Source of the DNA: Acidobacteriota bacterium
Lineage (GTDB): Bacteria; Acidobacteriota; Vicinamibacteria; Vicinamibacterales; UBA8438
Length of the DNA: 64,000 nt
Assembly (NCBI GenBank): GCA_009838525.1
Contig: VXRJ01000004.1
Span: 36,190-100,189 of the forward strand
Reading direction: 5' to 3'
Each line of letters starts with the position of its first letter. The first letter of the stretch is position 1. The translations under genes and the position numbers were made by a program. Below are positions 1 to 8,893 of the stretch, piece by piece. The notes beneath the pieces are model-generated. The model ran no database searches and was not told where the DNA came from. It worked only from the letters and a program-made list of their open reading frames with translations.

Positions 1-375
1 ATGCGGGGCGCCGGCGGCGAGCGGAACGCCCAACTCGCCCTCATCGCCGGTCACCGTCGTGGTTGGCGGGAAACGCTGCTCCAGGCGGGCGGTCACCACC
101 AGGCCGGGCGCCCAGACGACGCCGCTCCGGCCGAGCATGCGGAGGCGGACGACGGAGCGGTCGGCGTCGGTTGCAACGGCGCTGAAGTACTCCTTCATCG
201 CTTCGAGAGACCGGCGCTGTGTAATGCGGGTCAGCCGGCTCAGCTCCGCCTGCGACGGCGGCGGCGGGAGCGGCTCGTCGGCCACCGGCGCCGGCCGGAG
301 GAGCGCCCCCAGTACCAGGATGGCGGCTGCGGCGCCGGCCAACGTGACGATGTAGCGACGGTTCTCGGGCGGCAC
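1..375 (-). CDS. hypothetical membrane-anchored protein, N-terminal part only (gene continues past window start); weak resemblance to trypsin-like protease N-termini
   Basis: Not in the ORF track because no stop lies inside the window. Reverse-strand GTG at 375-373 opens a frame that stays open to nt 1. It reads VPPENRRYIVTLAGAAAAILVLGALL (TM anchor) ...SLEAMKEYFSAV...SVVRLRMLGRSGVVWAPGLVVTA. It lies 40 nt downstream of proC on the same strand. It displaces the + strand ORFs 1..390 and 59..355. Confidence 0.45.
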   Translation of the reverse strand, partial: MPPENRRYIVTLAGAAAAILVLGALLRPAPVADEPLPPPPSQAELSRLTRITQRRSLEAMKEYFSAVATDADRSVVRLRMLGRSGVVWAPGLVVTARLEQRFPPTTTVTGDEGELGVPLAAGAPH

Positions 376-415
376 GTGATTCGATACTAAGCGAATCCGA
401 TCCGCGCGCGCTGAG

Positions 416-1249
416 TCAGCTTCCGCCTTTGCCCAGCTCGACGCTGCGGTTGTAGGCAGCAACCACCGCCTTCGACATCACCGTCCGGAAGTTCCCCTTC
501 TCGAGCTGGTAGAGCGCCTCGGCGCTGGTTCCCCCCGGTGACGTCACGCGGTTCCGCAGCTCGGCCGGATGCACCGGCTGCTGCTGCGCATAGATGGCCG
601 ACCCCCGGATCGTCTGCAGCACCAGCTCCCGGGCCGCGTCGCGCGAGAACCCGAGGTGCACGGCCGCGTCGATCAGCGCCTCCATCATCAGGAAGACGTA
701 GGCGGGCCCGGAGCCGCTGATGGCCGTCGCCATGTCGAGGAACGCCTCGTCCTCCACGAACCATTGCCTCCCGAGCGCGCCGACGATCGCACTCGCCTGC
801 GCGCGCTGCGCCCTCGAAACCTCCGGCGTGGCGCACCAGACGGTCATTCCTTCGCCCACCTGGGCCGGCGTGTTCGGCATCGTCCGGACGATGGCGCGAT
901 GGTCCAGCCCCGTCGCCATCGTCTCGATCGTGGCGCCGGCCACGATCGACAGCACCAGCGCGTTCGGATCGATGCGCCCCCGCAACTCGCGCAGCACGCC
1001 CGGCAACACCTGCGGCTTTACGGACAGGACCACCACCTGAGCGCCGGTCGCCGCCGCGCAGTTGTCGTGGGTCGTCCCCACGCCGAACTGACCCCGCACT
1101 TCGTCGAGCCGCTCGACGTGCCGGTCGCTTGCCTTCAGTTGCCCCGGCTCGACGCCGTGTCGGGACACCAGGCCGCCAATCATCGCCGAACCCATCGCCC
1201 CGGCCCCGATGAAGCCCAAGTTCACGTCGCTCAGCACGTTGTCTGTCAC
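416..1249 (-). CDS. proC: pyrroline-5-carboxylate reductase
   Basis: 277-aa ORF. NAD(P)-binding GFIGAGAMGSAMIGGL near the N-terminus and the C-terminal RVTSPGGTSAEAL signature. Length is typical for ProC. Confidence 0.93.
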   Translation of the reverse strand: MTDNVLSDVNLGFIGAGAMGSAMIGGLVSRHGVEPGQLKASDRHVERLDEVRGQFGVGTTHDNCAAATGAQVVVLSVKPQVLPGVLRELRGRIDPNALVLSIVAGATIETMATGLDHRAIVRTMPNTPAQVGEGMTVWCATPEVSRAQRAQASAIVGALGRQWFVEDEAFLDMATAISGSGPAYVFLMMEALIDAAVHLGFSRDAARELVLQTIRGSAIYAQQQPVHPAELRNRVTSPGGTSAEALYQLEKGNFRTVMSKAVVAAYNRSVELGKGGS

Positions 1250-1306
1250 GCTACACTCCCGTTTCGTCGCACCCCTCGAACGCGGCGTTTATTCTATGGC
1301 GCTGCG

Positions 1307-2434
1307 ATGGACCCAATCGCCCACACCCTGATCGGAGCAACGCTCGCCGAGACCCGCCTCCGCCGGGTCACCGCGCTCGCCACGCCGGCGTTGCTGCTGG
1401 GCGCGAACGCTCCCGACCTCGACGCCATCACACTGTTCATGACGCGCGATGTCTCGCTCGGCTTCCGCCGCGGCTGGACCCACGGCATCCTGGCGATGGT
1501 CGTCCTGCCCCTCGCCCTGGCCGGCTTGTTGATACTGGTGGACCGCGCCCGGCGCCGGTTCGCGGGGCCGGCCCGGCAGAACAGCCCGCCGGTCCGGCCG
1601 CTCGCGCTCCTCGGGGTTTGCTCCCTCGCGGTCTGGACGCACCCGGTCCTCGATTGGCTGAACACCTACGGCGTGCGGTTCCTGATGCCGTTCTCGGGAA
1701 CCTGGTACTACGGCGATGCGCTCTTCGTGGTCGACCCCTGGGTCTGGCTGCTCGCCGGAACGTCCGTCGTCCTCGCACGCAGCACGTCGCGCGCCGGTCT
1801 CGCCGCGTGGGTCGTTCTTGGCGTGGCGACAACATCCCTCGTCACCGGCTTCGAGGGCGCGCCGTTGGCGACCCGCCTGCTCTGGTGCGCCGGCGTCGCG
1901 GGCATCGTCTGGCTTCGCGCGACCGGCCGGTGGCGGCATGCCCTGCCGCGCCTCGCCACCGTCTGCGTGTCCGCGATCGCGACCTACATCATCGTGATGG
2001 TCGCCGCCTCGCGCCTGGCGGAAGAACAGGTGGCCGCGTGGCTCGTAGAGCGGGGAGACGAGACGCCGATCGAGGTGATGGCCTCGCCCGCGCCCGGCAA
2101 TCCGTTCCGCCGCGACATCGTCGTCGCCGACGCGGAGCACTACCACTTCCTCGAGCTCGACTGGCTGCGCGGCCTGGATCCGCGCGTGGCGGCGCGGGCG
2201 ATCGACCGGCGGCCGCGCGGCCCGCAGGTCGACGCGGTCATTGCCGCGGCGCGCACGGCGCCGCACGTGCAGGGCCTGCTTACCTGGATCCGCTACCCGG
2301 CGTATGCAGTGGAAGAGACGGCGGACGGCTACCGGGTCATCATCACCGACGCGCGGTATGCTCGGCGTCTTTCTCCCCTCGGGGCATCCGTCGTCGAGCT
2401 GGATCGCGACCTCAAGGTGAAACCGCCGCAATAG
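1307..2434 (+). CDS. membrane-bound metal-dependent hydrolase (YdjM/DUF457-like) with C-terminal extension
   Basis: In-frame ATG at 1307 inside the long ORF 569..2434, whose upstream part is antisense to proC. The MDPIAHTLIGATLAE start and several TM helices are typical of DUF457. An extra ~170-aa C-terminal region is unassigned. Confidence 0.75.
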   Translation: MDPIAHTLIGATLAETRLRRVTALATPALLLGANAPDLDAITLFMTRDVSLGFRRGWTHGILAMVVLPLALAGLLILVDRARRRFAGPARQNSPPVRPLALLGVCSLAVWTHPVLDWLNTYGVRFLMPFSGTWYYGDALFVVDPWVWLLAGTSVVLARSTSRAGLAAWVVLGVATTSLVTGFEGAPLATRLLWCAGVAGIVWLRATGRWRHALPRLATVCVSAIATYIIVMVAASRLAEEQVAAWLVERGDETPIEVMASPAPGNPFRRDIVVADAEHYHFLELDWLRGLDPRVAARAIDRRPRGPQVDAVIAAARTAPHVQGLLTWIRYPAYAVEETADGYRVIITDARYARRLSPLGASVVELDRDLKVKPPQ

Positions 2435-2447
2435 CGCGTCGGGCAAA

Positions 2448-3332
2448 CTACCCGGTCGCGTCTTCCGGTCGCAGCTCGGCGCCGCAGAACTTGCAGTACC
2501 CGGCGTCCGGGTCGTGACCCTCGCGGCTGCACTCCAGGCACGCCTGCGTCGATATCGCCGGGGTCCCCCGCCGCGCAATGGCGGCGGACACGATACCGGT
2601 CGGTACGGCGATGATCGCGTAGCCGGTCAGCATCAGCAGCATTGCTGCGAACTGCCCGGGGACGGTCTGCGGCGAGATGTCGCCGTAACCGACCGTCGTC
2701 ATCGTCACGATGGCCCAGTAGACCCCGCGGGGAATCGACGTGAAGCCGTTTTCTTCCCCTTCGATCAGGTACAGCAGCGCGCCCATCACCACCGCGATCG
2801 ACGCGACCGCAGCCAGAAAGACGATGATCTTCGGCCGGCTGTCCCGAAGCGCGTCGCTCAGCTCCTCGGCCCCCACCAGGTAGTGGCCCAGCTTCAGGAC
2901 CCGGAAGACCCGGATGAGCCGCAGCGCGCGGATCACGATCAACGCCTGCCCGCCCGGCAGCACCAGACTGATCCAGGTGGGCAGGATGGCGAGCAGGTCG
3001 ACCATCCCGAAGAAACTGAAGATGTAGCGGGAGGGATGCTTCACCGCCGCAATGCGCGCGAAGTACTCGATCGTGAACAGGATCGTGAAGGCCCACTCGA
3101 CCCGCAGGAGCTGGGAGGCCAGCGCCGACTCGCCGTCCGGCAGGCTCTCGATCATCACCACCGCGACGCTGGCGACGATCGCGAGCATCAGAGCGACGTC
3201 GAAGAGCTTGCCGCCTCGCGTGTCCGCTTCGAAGATGATCTCGTGCAGGCGGAACCGCCAACCGACGTCGGCCGCACGGTCGTGGCGCTTGAAGATCCCC
3301 CGCGCCGGCCGGCGGCGTTCCGTTGTCAGCAT
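2448..3332 (-). CDS. voltage-gated-type potassium channel with C-terminal zinc ribbon
   Basis: 294 aa with six-TM ion-transport architecture. S4-like RALRLIRVFRVLK and K+ selectivity filter TTVGYGD. The C-terminus carries CLEC-x11-CKFC. Confidence 0.9.
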   Translation of the reverse strand: MLTTERRRPARGIFKRHDRAADVGWRFRLHEIIFEADTRGGKLFDVALMLAIVASVAVVMIESLPDGESALASQLLRVEWAFTILFTIEYFARIAAVKHPSRYIFSFFGMVDLLAILPTWISLVLPGGQALIVIRALRLIRVFRVLKLGHYLVGAEELSDALRDSRPKIIVFLAAVASIAVVMGALLYLIEGEENGFTSIPRGVYWAIVTMTTVGYGDISPQTVPGQFAAMLLMLTGYAIIAVPTGIVSAAIARRGTPAISTQACLECSREGHDPDAGYCKFCGAELRPEDATG

Positions 3333-3343
3333 CCGTTCGGAAA

Positions 3344-4072
3344 CTAGCCGCGGGGGGCGGTGAGGTCGATGACCGTACCCTCGTTGTCGACGACGAAGTC
3401 CCGGTGTCGGGCGGCTTCATGCACGAACTCGATCATGTCCTCAAGCTCTTCGATCCGCTGTGCCGGCGTCGCCGCGAGGCCCGCGCGGAACTGCGCGTCA
3501 CGCATGCCCTGCCACGTGCAGGCCTGCCACGGGTCGTCCAGCGCCGCGTCCCGTGCGCGGGGCGGGCGGCGTCGGTCCGCCAGGATCTGCTCCAGACGCT
3601 CGATATCCTCCCGATCACCGGAGCGCCCGGCGGCGCGCTTCATCGCCAGCAGATCCTCGATGGAGGCAATCCTGACCGGTAGCCCGTCCACATGCTTCGT
3701 TTCCGCCCGCGCCCAGAACGCCTCGAAGTCCGACCGCTCGCGAATGAACAGATCGATGGTGAGCCAGGGCCGCTCGCCATCAAACATCGAAAACGCCTTC
3801 ATTCCCTTTTCGTTGGTCCAGGCCTCCCGGATCCGCCGGTCGGCGAAGTCGTCCGGATCGACCGGCGCATGGGGCAGGAAGCCCTGGGCCTTGAGGGCAT
3901 CGATCACACGCCGGGCCGCCGCGGGTTCGAGATCGACGACGACGTCGAGGTCCTTCGTGAAGCGCAGAAAGCCATGCAGGATGGTGGCAACGCCTCCAAT
4001 GACGACGTACCGGGCGCCGCACTCGTTCAACACGCGGAAGAGTGGCTTGAAGCGGCGGAACTCGCCAGCCAT
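3344..4072 (-). CDS. nucleotidyltransferase-fold protein (minimal NTase-like), function unknown
   Basis: In-frame ATG at 4072 inside ORF 3344..4465. YVVIGGVATILHGFLRFTKDLDVVVDL fits the GG..G..R.T.D.D pattern of small NTase-fold proteins. The C-terminal ~90 aa are unassigned. The stop lies 11 nt upstream of the K+ channel start on the same strand. Confidence 0.65.
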   Translation of the reverse strand: MAGEFRRFKPLFRVLNECGARYVVIGGVATILHGFLRFTKDLDVVVDLEPAAARRVIDALKAQGFLPHAPVDPDDFADRRIREAWTNEKGMKAFSMFDGERPWLTIDLFIRERSDFEAFWARAETKHVDGLPVRIASIEDLLAMKRAAGRSGDREDIERLEQILADRRRPPRARDAALDDPWQACTWQGMRDAQFRAGLAATPAQRIEELEDMIEFVHEAARHRDFVVDNEGTVIDLTAPRG

Positions 4073-4171
4073 CTTTCCATTATAGGTTTCAGCCCCCTGG
4101 CGCTCAGGGATGGCTGTGAAGCGCGGCCTGCGACGGGCATGAGCTACCCTTGGACGGTCCGGGAGGCCACA

Positions 4172-5650
4172 ATGGCGGCGATGCAGAAACACCTGATTCT
4201 TGGGGCGGCGGCGCTCGCGCTGGCGGCGTGCGGAAGCGCGCCGGAACCAGTCGAGATCCTGATGACGAACGGGCAGGGGGAAATCGCGGGCGAGGCGACC
4301 GACACCTCGATCATCCTGCAGACCCGCCTCACCGCGAAGTCGGGCTGGGCGGACGGCGATCTTCCGGGAATGGCCGGCGTCGCGCGGTTCGAGATTGCGA
4401 CCAACCCGGAATCCCGGGCGCCGCGGGTCACGCCCTGGCTGGAGGCGCTGGCCGAGAACGATCACATCGTCAAGGTGAAGGTGGAGGGCCTATCGCCCGG
4501 GACCGAATACCTCTATCGCGTCGTGTACGGCCCGGACCGTGACAACACGGAGACGGGACCGGCCCGCTCGTTCGCCACCCACCCCGGCGCCGACGCGGCG
4601 GCAACCACCAGCTTCACCGTCGTCACCGGCATGAACTACCACCAGTTCTACAACAACCCGAACCGGATGTACACGGGGCCCGACCGGGAGCTCGGCTTCC
4701 CCGGCCTGGCGTCGATGCTGGCCCTGGAGCCCGACTTCTTCGTTGCGACCGGCGACAACGTCTACTACGACGCGCCCTACGACGGGCGGGCGGCCGACGC
4801 GCCGGCCATGCGCAGGAAGTGGCACGAGCAGCTCCGCCGGCAGCGCTTCATCGATTTCTTCGCCGAGACCCCAACCTACTGGGAAAAAGACGACCACGAC
4901 TACCGTTACAACGACTGCGACAACACGACCGACGCCGCCCCGCTGCCCGACCTCGGACGCCGCATCTTCCTGGAGCAGGTGCCGATAGCGGACCCGAACG
5001 ATCCCGACCCGGTGACCTACCGCACCCACCGGGTCAGCCGCGATCTGCAGATCTGGCTGGTCGAGGGACGTGAGTACCGAAGCCCCAACATGATGGAGCC
5101 GGGCCCGGACAAGACGCTCTGGGGCGAGGAACAGGTCGCGTGGTTCAAGGAGACGCTGCTCGCGAGCGACGCGACGTTCAAGATCCTGATCTCGCCGACG
5201 CCGATGGTCGGCCCGGACGATGCGAACCAGGCGGGGCGGGTTGCCGAGGGACACGATCCGGTGAAACGCGACAACCACTCGAACCCGTTCGGTTTCCGTC
5301 ACGAACGCGACGAGTTGTTCGACTGGCTGATCGAGAACGACTTTCTCGAAAAGCACTTCTACATCGTCACCGGCGACCGGCACTGGCAATACCACTCGCT
5401 CGACCCCACCGGTCTCGAGGAGTTCTCGACCGGCGCCCTGGTCGACGCCAACTCCCGCCTCGGGCGGCCGCCGGGCGACCCGGACTCCAACGACCCTAAC
5501 GCGCTGGTGATGCAGTACTACACGTACGACGAGCCGACCGGCGGTTTTCTGAACGTCGTCGTCACGCCGGGCGAAGCGCCGACCGCCGCGTTCCGCTTCT
5601 ACGACGAGCAGGGAGTCCTGATGTACGAGGACGTGAAGACGGCGGACTAG
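4172..5650 (+). CDS. phoD: PhoD-family alkaline phosphatase/phosphodiesterase (lipoprotein)
   Basis: ATG at 4172 preceded by GGGAGG. Lipobox LALAAC. Metallophosphatase blocks TGDNVYYD, KDDHDYRYND and GDRHW. The upstream part of ORF 3692..5650 is antisense to the previous gene. Confidence 0.85.
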   Translation: MAAMQKHLILGAAALALAACGSAPEPVEILMTNGQGEIAGEATDTSIILQTRLTAKSGWADGDLPGMAGVARFEIATNPESRAPRVTPWLEALAENDHIVKVKVEGLSPGTEYLYRVVYGPDRDNTETGPARSFATHPGADAAATTSFTVVTGMNYHQFYNNPNRMYTGPDRELGFPGLASMLALEPDFFVATGDNVYYDAPYDGRAADAPAMRRKWHEQLRRQRFIDFFAETPTYWEKDDHDYRYNDCDNTTDAAPLPDLGRRIFLEQVPIADPNDPDPVTYRTHRVSRDLQIWLVEGREYRSPNMMEPGPDKTLWGEEQVAWFKETLLASDATFKILISPTPMVGPDDANQAGRVAEGHDPVKRDNHSNPFGFRHERDELFDWLIENDFLEKHFYIVTGDRHWQYHSLDPTGLEEFSTGALVDANSRLGRPPGDPDSNDPNALVMQYYTYDEPTGGFLNVVVTPGEAPTAAFRFYDEQGVLMYEDVKTAD

Positions 5651-5674
5651 GAGTCGCCGGATGATCGGCGCTCC
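5650..5674 (+). terminator. possible stem-loop terminator after phoD (no U-tract)
   Basis: GGAGTCGCCG-GATGAT-CGGCGCTCC forms a 9-bp stem with one bulge, starting at the last base of the phoD stop codon. No T-run follows. Confidence 0.25.
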
Positions 5675-5911
5675 CGCACCTTCGCGCGGCGCGGTAATCA
5701 CCGGCCGAACGCCTAGCTCGCGCCGACCCAGACGCAGGTGACGGTCATCATCGGCTAGACTGGATTATTGTGAATTGAGCTGCGGTCGTTCGCTTCTTCC
5801 TCATCGGAGCCGCGCGACAGCTCGAGCCGCCCTTCGGAACCGCGCGCTGCGACGGTTGCGTCAGCACGACCCGGACCGTCGGTTCTTCCGAAGTCAAGGA
5901 CGGTTGAACGT

Positions 5912-7234
5912 ATGCGCATAGTTCTTGCCTATTCGATCCTGCTCTTCGTCGGTCTGGGGCTCTCACAGGTGCTGCCGGCGCTGCTGGGAGACGCGCGCGA
6001 TGCCGTCGCGACGACCGTCCGACTGCTGACGATGACGGGGCTGGCCTTCATCATGATTCGGGTCGGCTTCGAATTCCACATCGACAAGTCCAACCTGAGG
6101 CAGTACGGATGGGACTACGTGGTGGCCTTCACCGCGGCGTCGTTTCCGTGGGTGTTCGTGACCGGCTACTTCGTGTTCGCCATGCTGCCGCCCGAGTTCT
6201 GGGCGGACCTCGACGCCTGGAAGGAGACGCTGCTGGCCGGCCGTTTCGCAGCACCCACCTCCGCCGGGGTGCTGTTCAGCATGCTGGCCGCCGCGGGACT
6301 GGGAACGACCTGGCTGTTTCGCAAGGCGCGCATTCTGGCGATCTTCGATGACCTCGACACGGTGCTGTTGATGATCCCGCTGAAGATGCTGATGGTGGGA
6401 ATCGCCTGGCAGCTCGGCCTCATCGTGGTGGTTATGGTCGTGATGCTGGCGGCCGCCTACCGCTGGCTGCATCTGCGCACGATGCCGGTCACCTGGGGTT
6501 GGGTGCTGGCCTACGCCGCGGTCATCGTGGGCGCCAGCGAGCTGCTGCACGTCTGGAGCACGGTTTTCGATGCCTCGGTGCCCATTCACATCGAGGTACT
6601 GCTGCCGGCGTTCGTCCTCGGCTGCATCGCGCGCCCGCCGGCCGTGGCGGCCGATGCCGATGCAACGTCCGTCGAACACGCGTTCCACGCGGTGGTAGAG
6701 CAGCGCGGCGAGCGGCGAGCGGCGGCGATCGTGTCGGCTGCCTTCATGGTGCTGGTGGGCCTGAGCATGCCGCCCATCTTCGAGGGGCCGGACGCGCAAC
6801 ATCCGGCGCCCCCGCCGGAGGCGCTTCACGCCGCCGCGCCCGGCAGCGTCGTGGACGATCCCGCGCTGCACGGCGGCGAGCCGGACGCGAGCTACACGAC
6901 CACGGTCACGGCCAGCCAGCCGAGCATCGGCTGGGACGCCATCATCTGGCACTTGCTGGTGCTGACGCTTCTGAGCAATCTCGGCAAGATGTTCCCGGCG
7001 TTCTGCTACCGCCGAGAGGCGCACTGGCGTCACCGCCTGGCCGTCAGCATCGGCATGTGGCCCCGCGGCGAGGTCGGCGCGGGGGTGCTGGTGCTCAGCC
7101 TGAGCTACGGCATCGGCGGCCCCATCGTGACCGTGGCCATGCTGTCGCTGGCGCTCAACCTGGCGCTGACGGGCGTGTTCATCTTGATCGTGCGCAAGCT
7201 GATCGACGGAGTCCCCGAGGCGCCGACCGCGTGA
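5912..7234 (+). CDS. cation:proton antiporter family membrane protein
   Basis: 440-aa polytopic membrane ORF with about 10-12 TM helices and Na+/H+ exchanger-like composition. The family call is by eye only. Confidence 0.7.
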   Translation: MRIVLAYSILLFVGLGLSQVLPALLGDARDAVATTVRLLTMTGLAFIMIRVGFEFHIDKSNLRQYGWDYVVAFTAASFPWVFVTGYFVFAMLPPEFWADLDAWKETLLAGRFAAPTSAGVLFSMLAAAGLGTTWLFRKARILAIFDDLDTVLLMIPLKMLMVGIAWQLGLIVVVMVVMLAAAYRWLHLRTMPVTWGWVLAYAAVIVGASELLHVWSTVFDASVPIHIEVLLPAFVLGCIARPPAVAADADATSVEHAFHAVVEQRGERRAAAIVSAAFMVLVGLSMPPIFEGPDAQHPAPPPEALHAAAPGSVVDDPALHGGEPDASYTTTVTASQPSIGWDAIIWHLLVLTLLSNLGKMFPAFCYRREAHWRHRLAVSIGMWPRGEVGAGVLVLSLSYGIGGPIVTVAMLSLALNLALTGVFILIVRKLIDGVPEAPTA

Positions 7235-7276
7235 GGCGCGGTTGCGAGCCTGGTCCGGCTGTCCACCCGTAGCGCC

Positions 7277-8875
7277 ATGGATGTCGCCGTTGCCGCGCAG
7301 GACGTCGCCTGGATCGCCCTGGCGTTCGTGCTGGGCTTGTTGTCGAGAACTGTCGGGCTGCCGCCGCTGGTCGGTTTTCTCGCGGCGGGCTTCCTGATCA
7401 ACCTGTTCGGCACCGTCAGCGGCGAGATGCTCCAGACGTGGTCGGACCTGGGCATCACGCTGTTGCTGTTTCTCGTGGGCCTGAAGCTCGACGTCAGGAC
7501 CCTCGCGCGTCCGCAGGTCTGGGCCGTTGCCAGCCTGCACATGTCGATAGTCGTTCTGGTGCTCGGAACGGCCATCCCTGCGCTAGCGCTCCTCGGTGCG
7601 TCCTTCCTGACCGGCGTCGACTATCCCCAGGCCCTGCTGATCGCCTTTGCATTGAGCTTTTCCAGCACCGTCTTCGTCGTCAAGGTGCTCGAGGAACGAG
7701 GAGAAACGGCTTCGCTGCACGGCCGCATCGCGGTCGGCATCCTCATCGTGCAGGACGTGGCCGCAGTCGTCTTCATGGCGCTTGCGGCAGGTGAGTTGCC
7801 CACAGTTTGGGCCCTGCTGTTGCTGATCCTCGTTCCGCTGAGGCCAGTGCTGATCCTCGTCCTCCGGCGCGTCGGCCATGGCGAACTCCTTGTCCTCTAC
7901 GGCTTCCTGCTCGCGCTCGGTGGAGCGGGAGCGTTCGAGCTGGTGGGCCTGAAGGGTGACCTGGGCGCCCTGGTCCTCGGCGTCCTGGTGGCCGGCTACG
8001 GCAAGAGCGACGAGTTGGCAAAGACGATGCTCCGGTTCAAGGACCTGTTCCTGCTCGGCTTCTTCCTTTCCGTTGGAGTGTCCGGCCCATTGACCACGGA
8101 GGTGGTTCTCATCGGCGCGGCCGTCACCCCATTCGTGTTCTTCAAGTCGGCTCTCTTCCTGGGTCTGCTGGCCGCGTTCAAGTTGCGGGCGCGAACATCG
8201 CTGCTGGCGTCGTTGAACCTGACCAACTTCAGCGAATTTGGGCTCATCGTTGCAGCCGTCGGCGTCGCCAGCGGTTGGATCGACAGTCTCTGGCTGAGCG
8301 TTATCGCGGTCGCGCTCTCCCTGTCGTGCGGCATCGCGGCGGGAGTGAATTCTGTCGCCGATCGGACCTACAGCAGATATCGGGCGGCGTGGCACCGCCT
8401 GCAACGGAGAGAGCGTCTCGCCGACGACCGGCTGCTCGACACCGGCGGGGCGAAGATCCTCATTCTGGGTATGGGCCGCATCGGCGCCGGGGCCTACGAA
8501 GCGATGCATCGACGGCACGGCAAAACGGTCGTCGGCGTGGACATCGAACCGAAAACCGTACAGAAGCACCAGTCGGCGGGGTTCAACGTGCTGCTCGGCG
8601 ATCCGAGCGACGCAGACTTCTGGGATCGCGTTCAGGACACGAACACGGTCGAACTCGTAATGTTGGCCCTGCCAAACGTGACCGCAAGTCTCGCCGTTCT
8701 AGACCAGCTCAGGGCCGCTTCGTTCAGGGGCCGGGTTGCCGCCACCGCCAAGTTCCACGATGAGATCGAGCCGCTAGAGCGGGCTGGCGCGTCTGTCGTG
8801 TTCAACGTCTACGAGGGGGCCGGCTCGGGTTTTGCCACGCATGTGGCCACACAGGAATGGGCTGCTGGAACGTAG
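7277..8875 (+). CDS. CPA2-family monovalent cation:proton antiporter with RCK/TrkA-N domain (KefB/YbaL-like)
   Basis: 532 aa. N-terminal multi-TM transporter domain plus a C-terminal Rossmann KILILGMGRIGAGAYE. Confidence 0.85.
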   Translation: MDVAVAAQDVAWIALAFVLGLLSRTVGLPPLVGFLAAGFLINLFGTVSGEMLQTWSDLGITLLLFLVGLKLDVRTLARPQVWAVASLHMSIVVLVLGTAIPALALLGASFLTGVDYPQALLIAFALSFSSTVFVVKVLEERGETASLHGRIAVGILIVQDVAAVVFMALAAGELPTVWALLLLILVPLRPVLILVLRRVGHGELLVLYGFLLALGGAGAFELVGLKGDLGALVLGVLVAGYGKSDELAKTMLRFKDLFLLGFFLSVGVSGPLTTEVVLIGAAVTPFVFFKSALFLGLLAAFKLRARTSLLASLNLTNFSEFGLIVAAVGVASGWIDSLWLSVIAVALSLSCGIAAGVNSVADRTYSRYRAAWHRLQRRERLADDRLLDTGGAKILILGMGRIGAGAYEAMHRRHGKTVVGVDIEPKTVQKHQSAGFNVLLGDPSDADFWDRVQDTNTVELVMLALPNVTASLAVLDQLRAASFRGRVAATAKFHDEIEPLERAGASVVFNVYEGAGSGFATHVATQEWAAGT

Positions 8876-8893
8876 TTCCTCACGCTGCCCGAG

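Noticed and set aside
1-390. + strand ORFs 1..390 and 59..355.
   Set aside because: The products are Arg/Ala-rich nonsense-like strings. The opposite strand encodes a TM-anchored protein with a plausible GTG start, co-oriented with proC.
3344-4465. Full-length 373-aa version of the NTase-fold ORF. N-terminal extensions of ORFs 3692..5650, 28965..30500, 33549..35882, 47059..49026, 51207..53030, 57953..58855 and 59386..60786 were treated the same way.
   Set aside because: The extensions are Arg/Pro-rich and overlap neighbouring genes on the other strand. In most of these ORFs an internal start with a visible Shine-Dalgarno, a signal peptide, or both begins the recognisable domain.
5651-5911. 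Possible riboswitch or leader upstream of the cation antiporter. The 249-bp gap at 30081-30329 upstream of sorA was also considered (Moco riboswitch?).
   Set aside because: I could not match either region to any riboswitch consensus I know (c-di-AMP/ydaO, Mn2+, Na+/Li+, Moco). Both are left unannotated and would need an Rfam scan.
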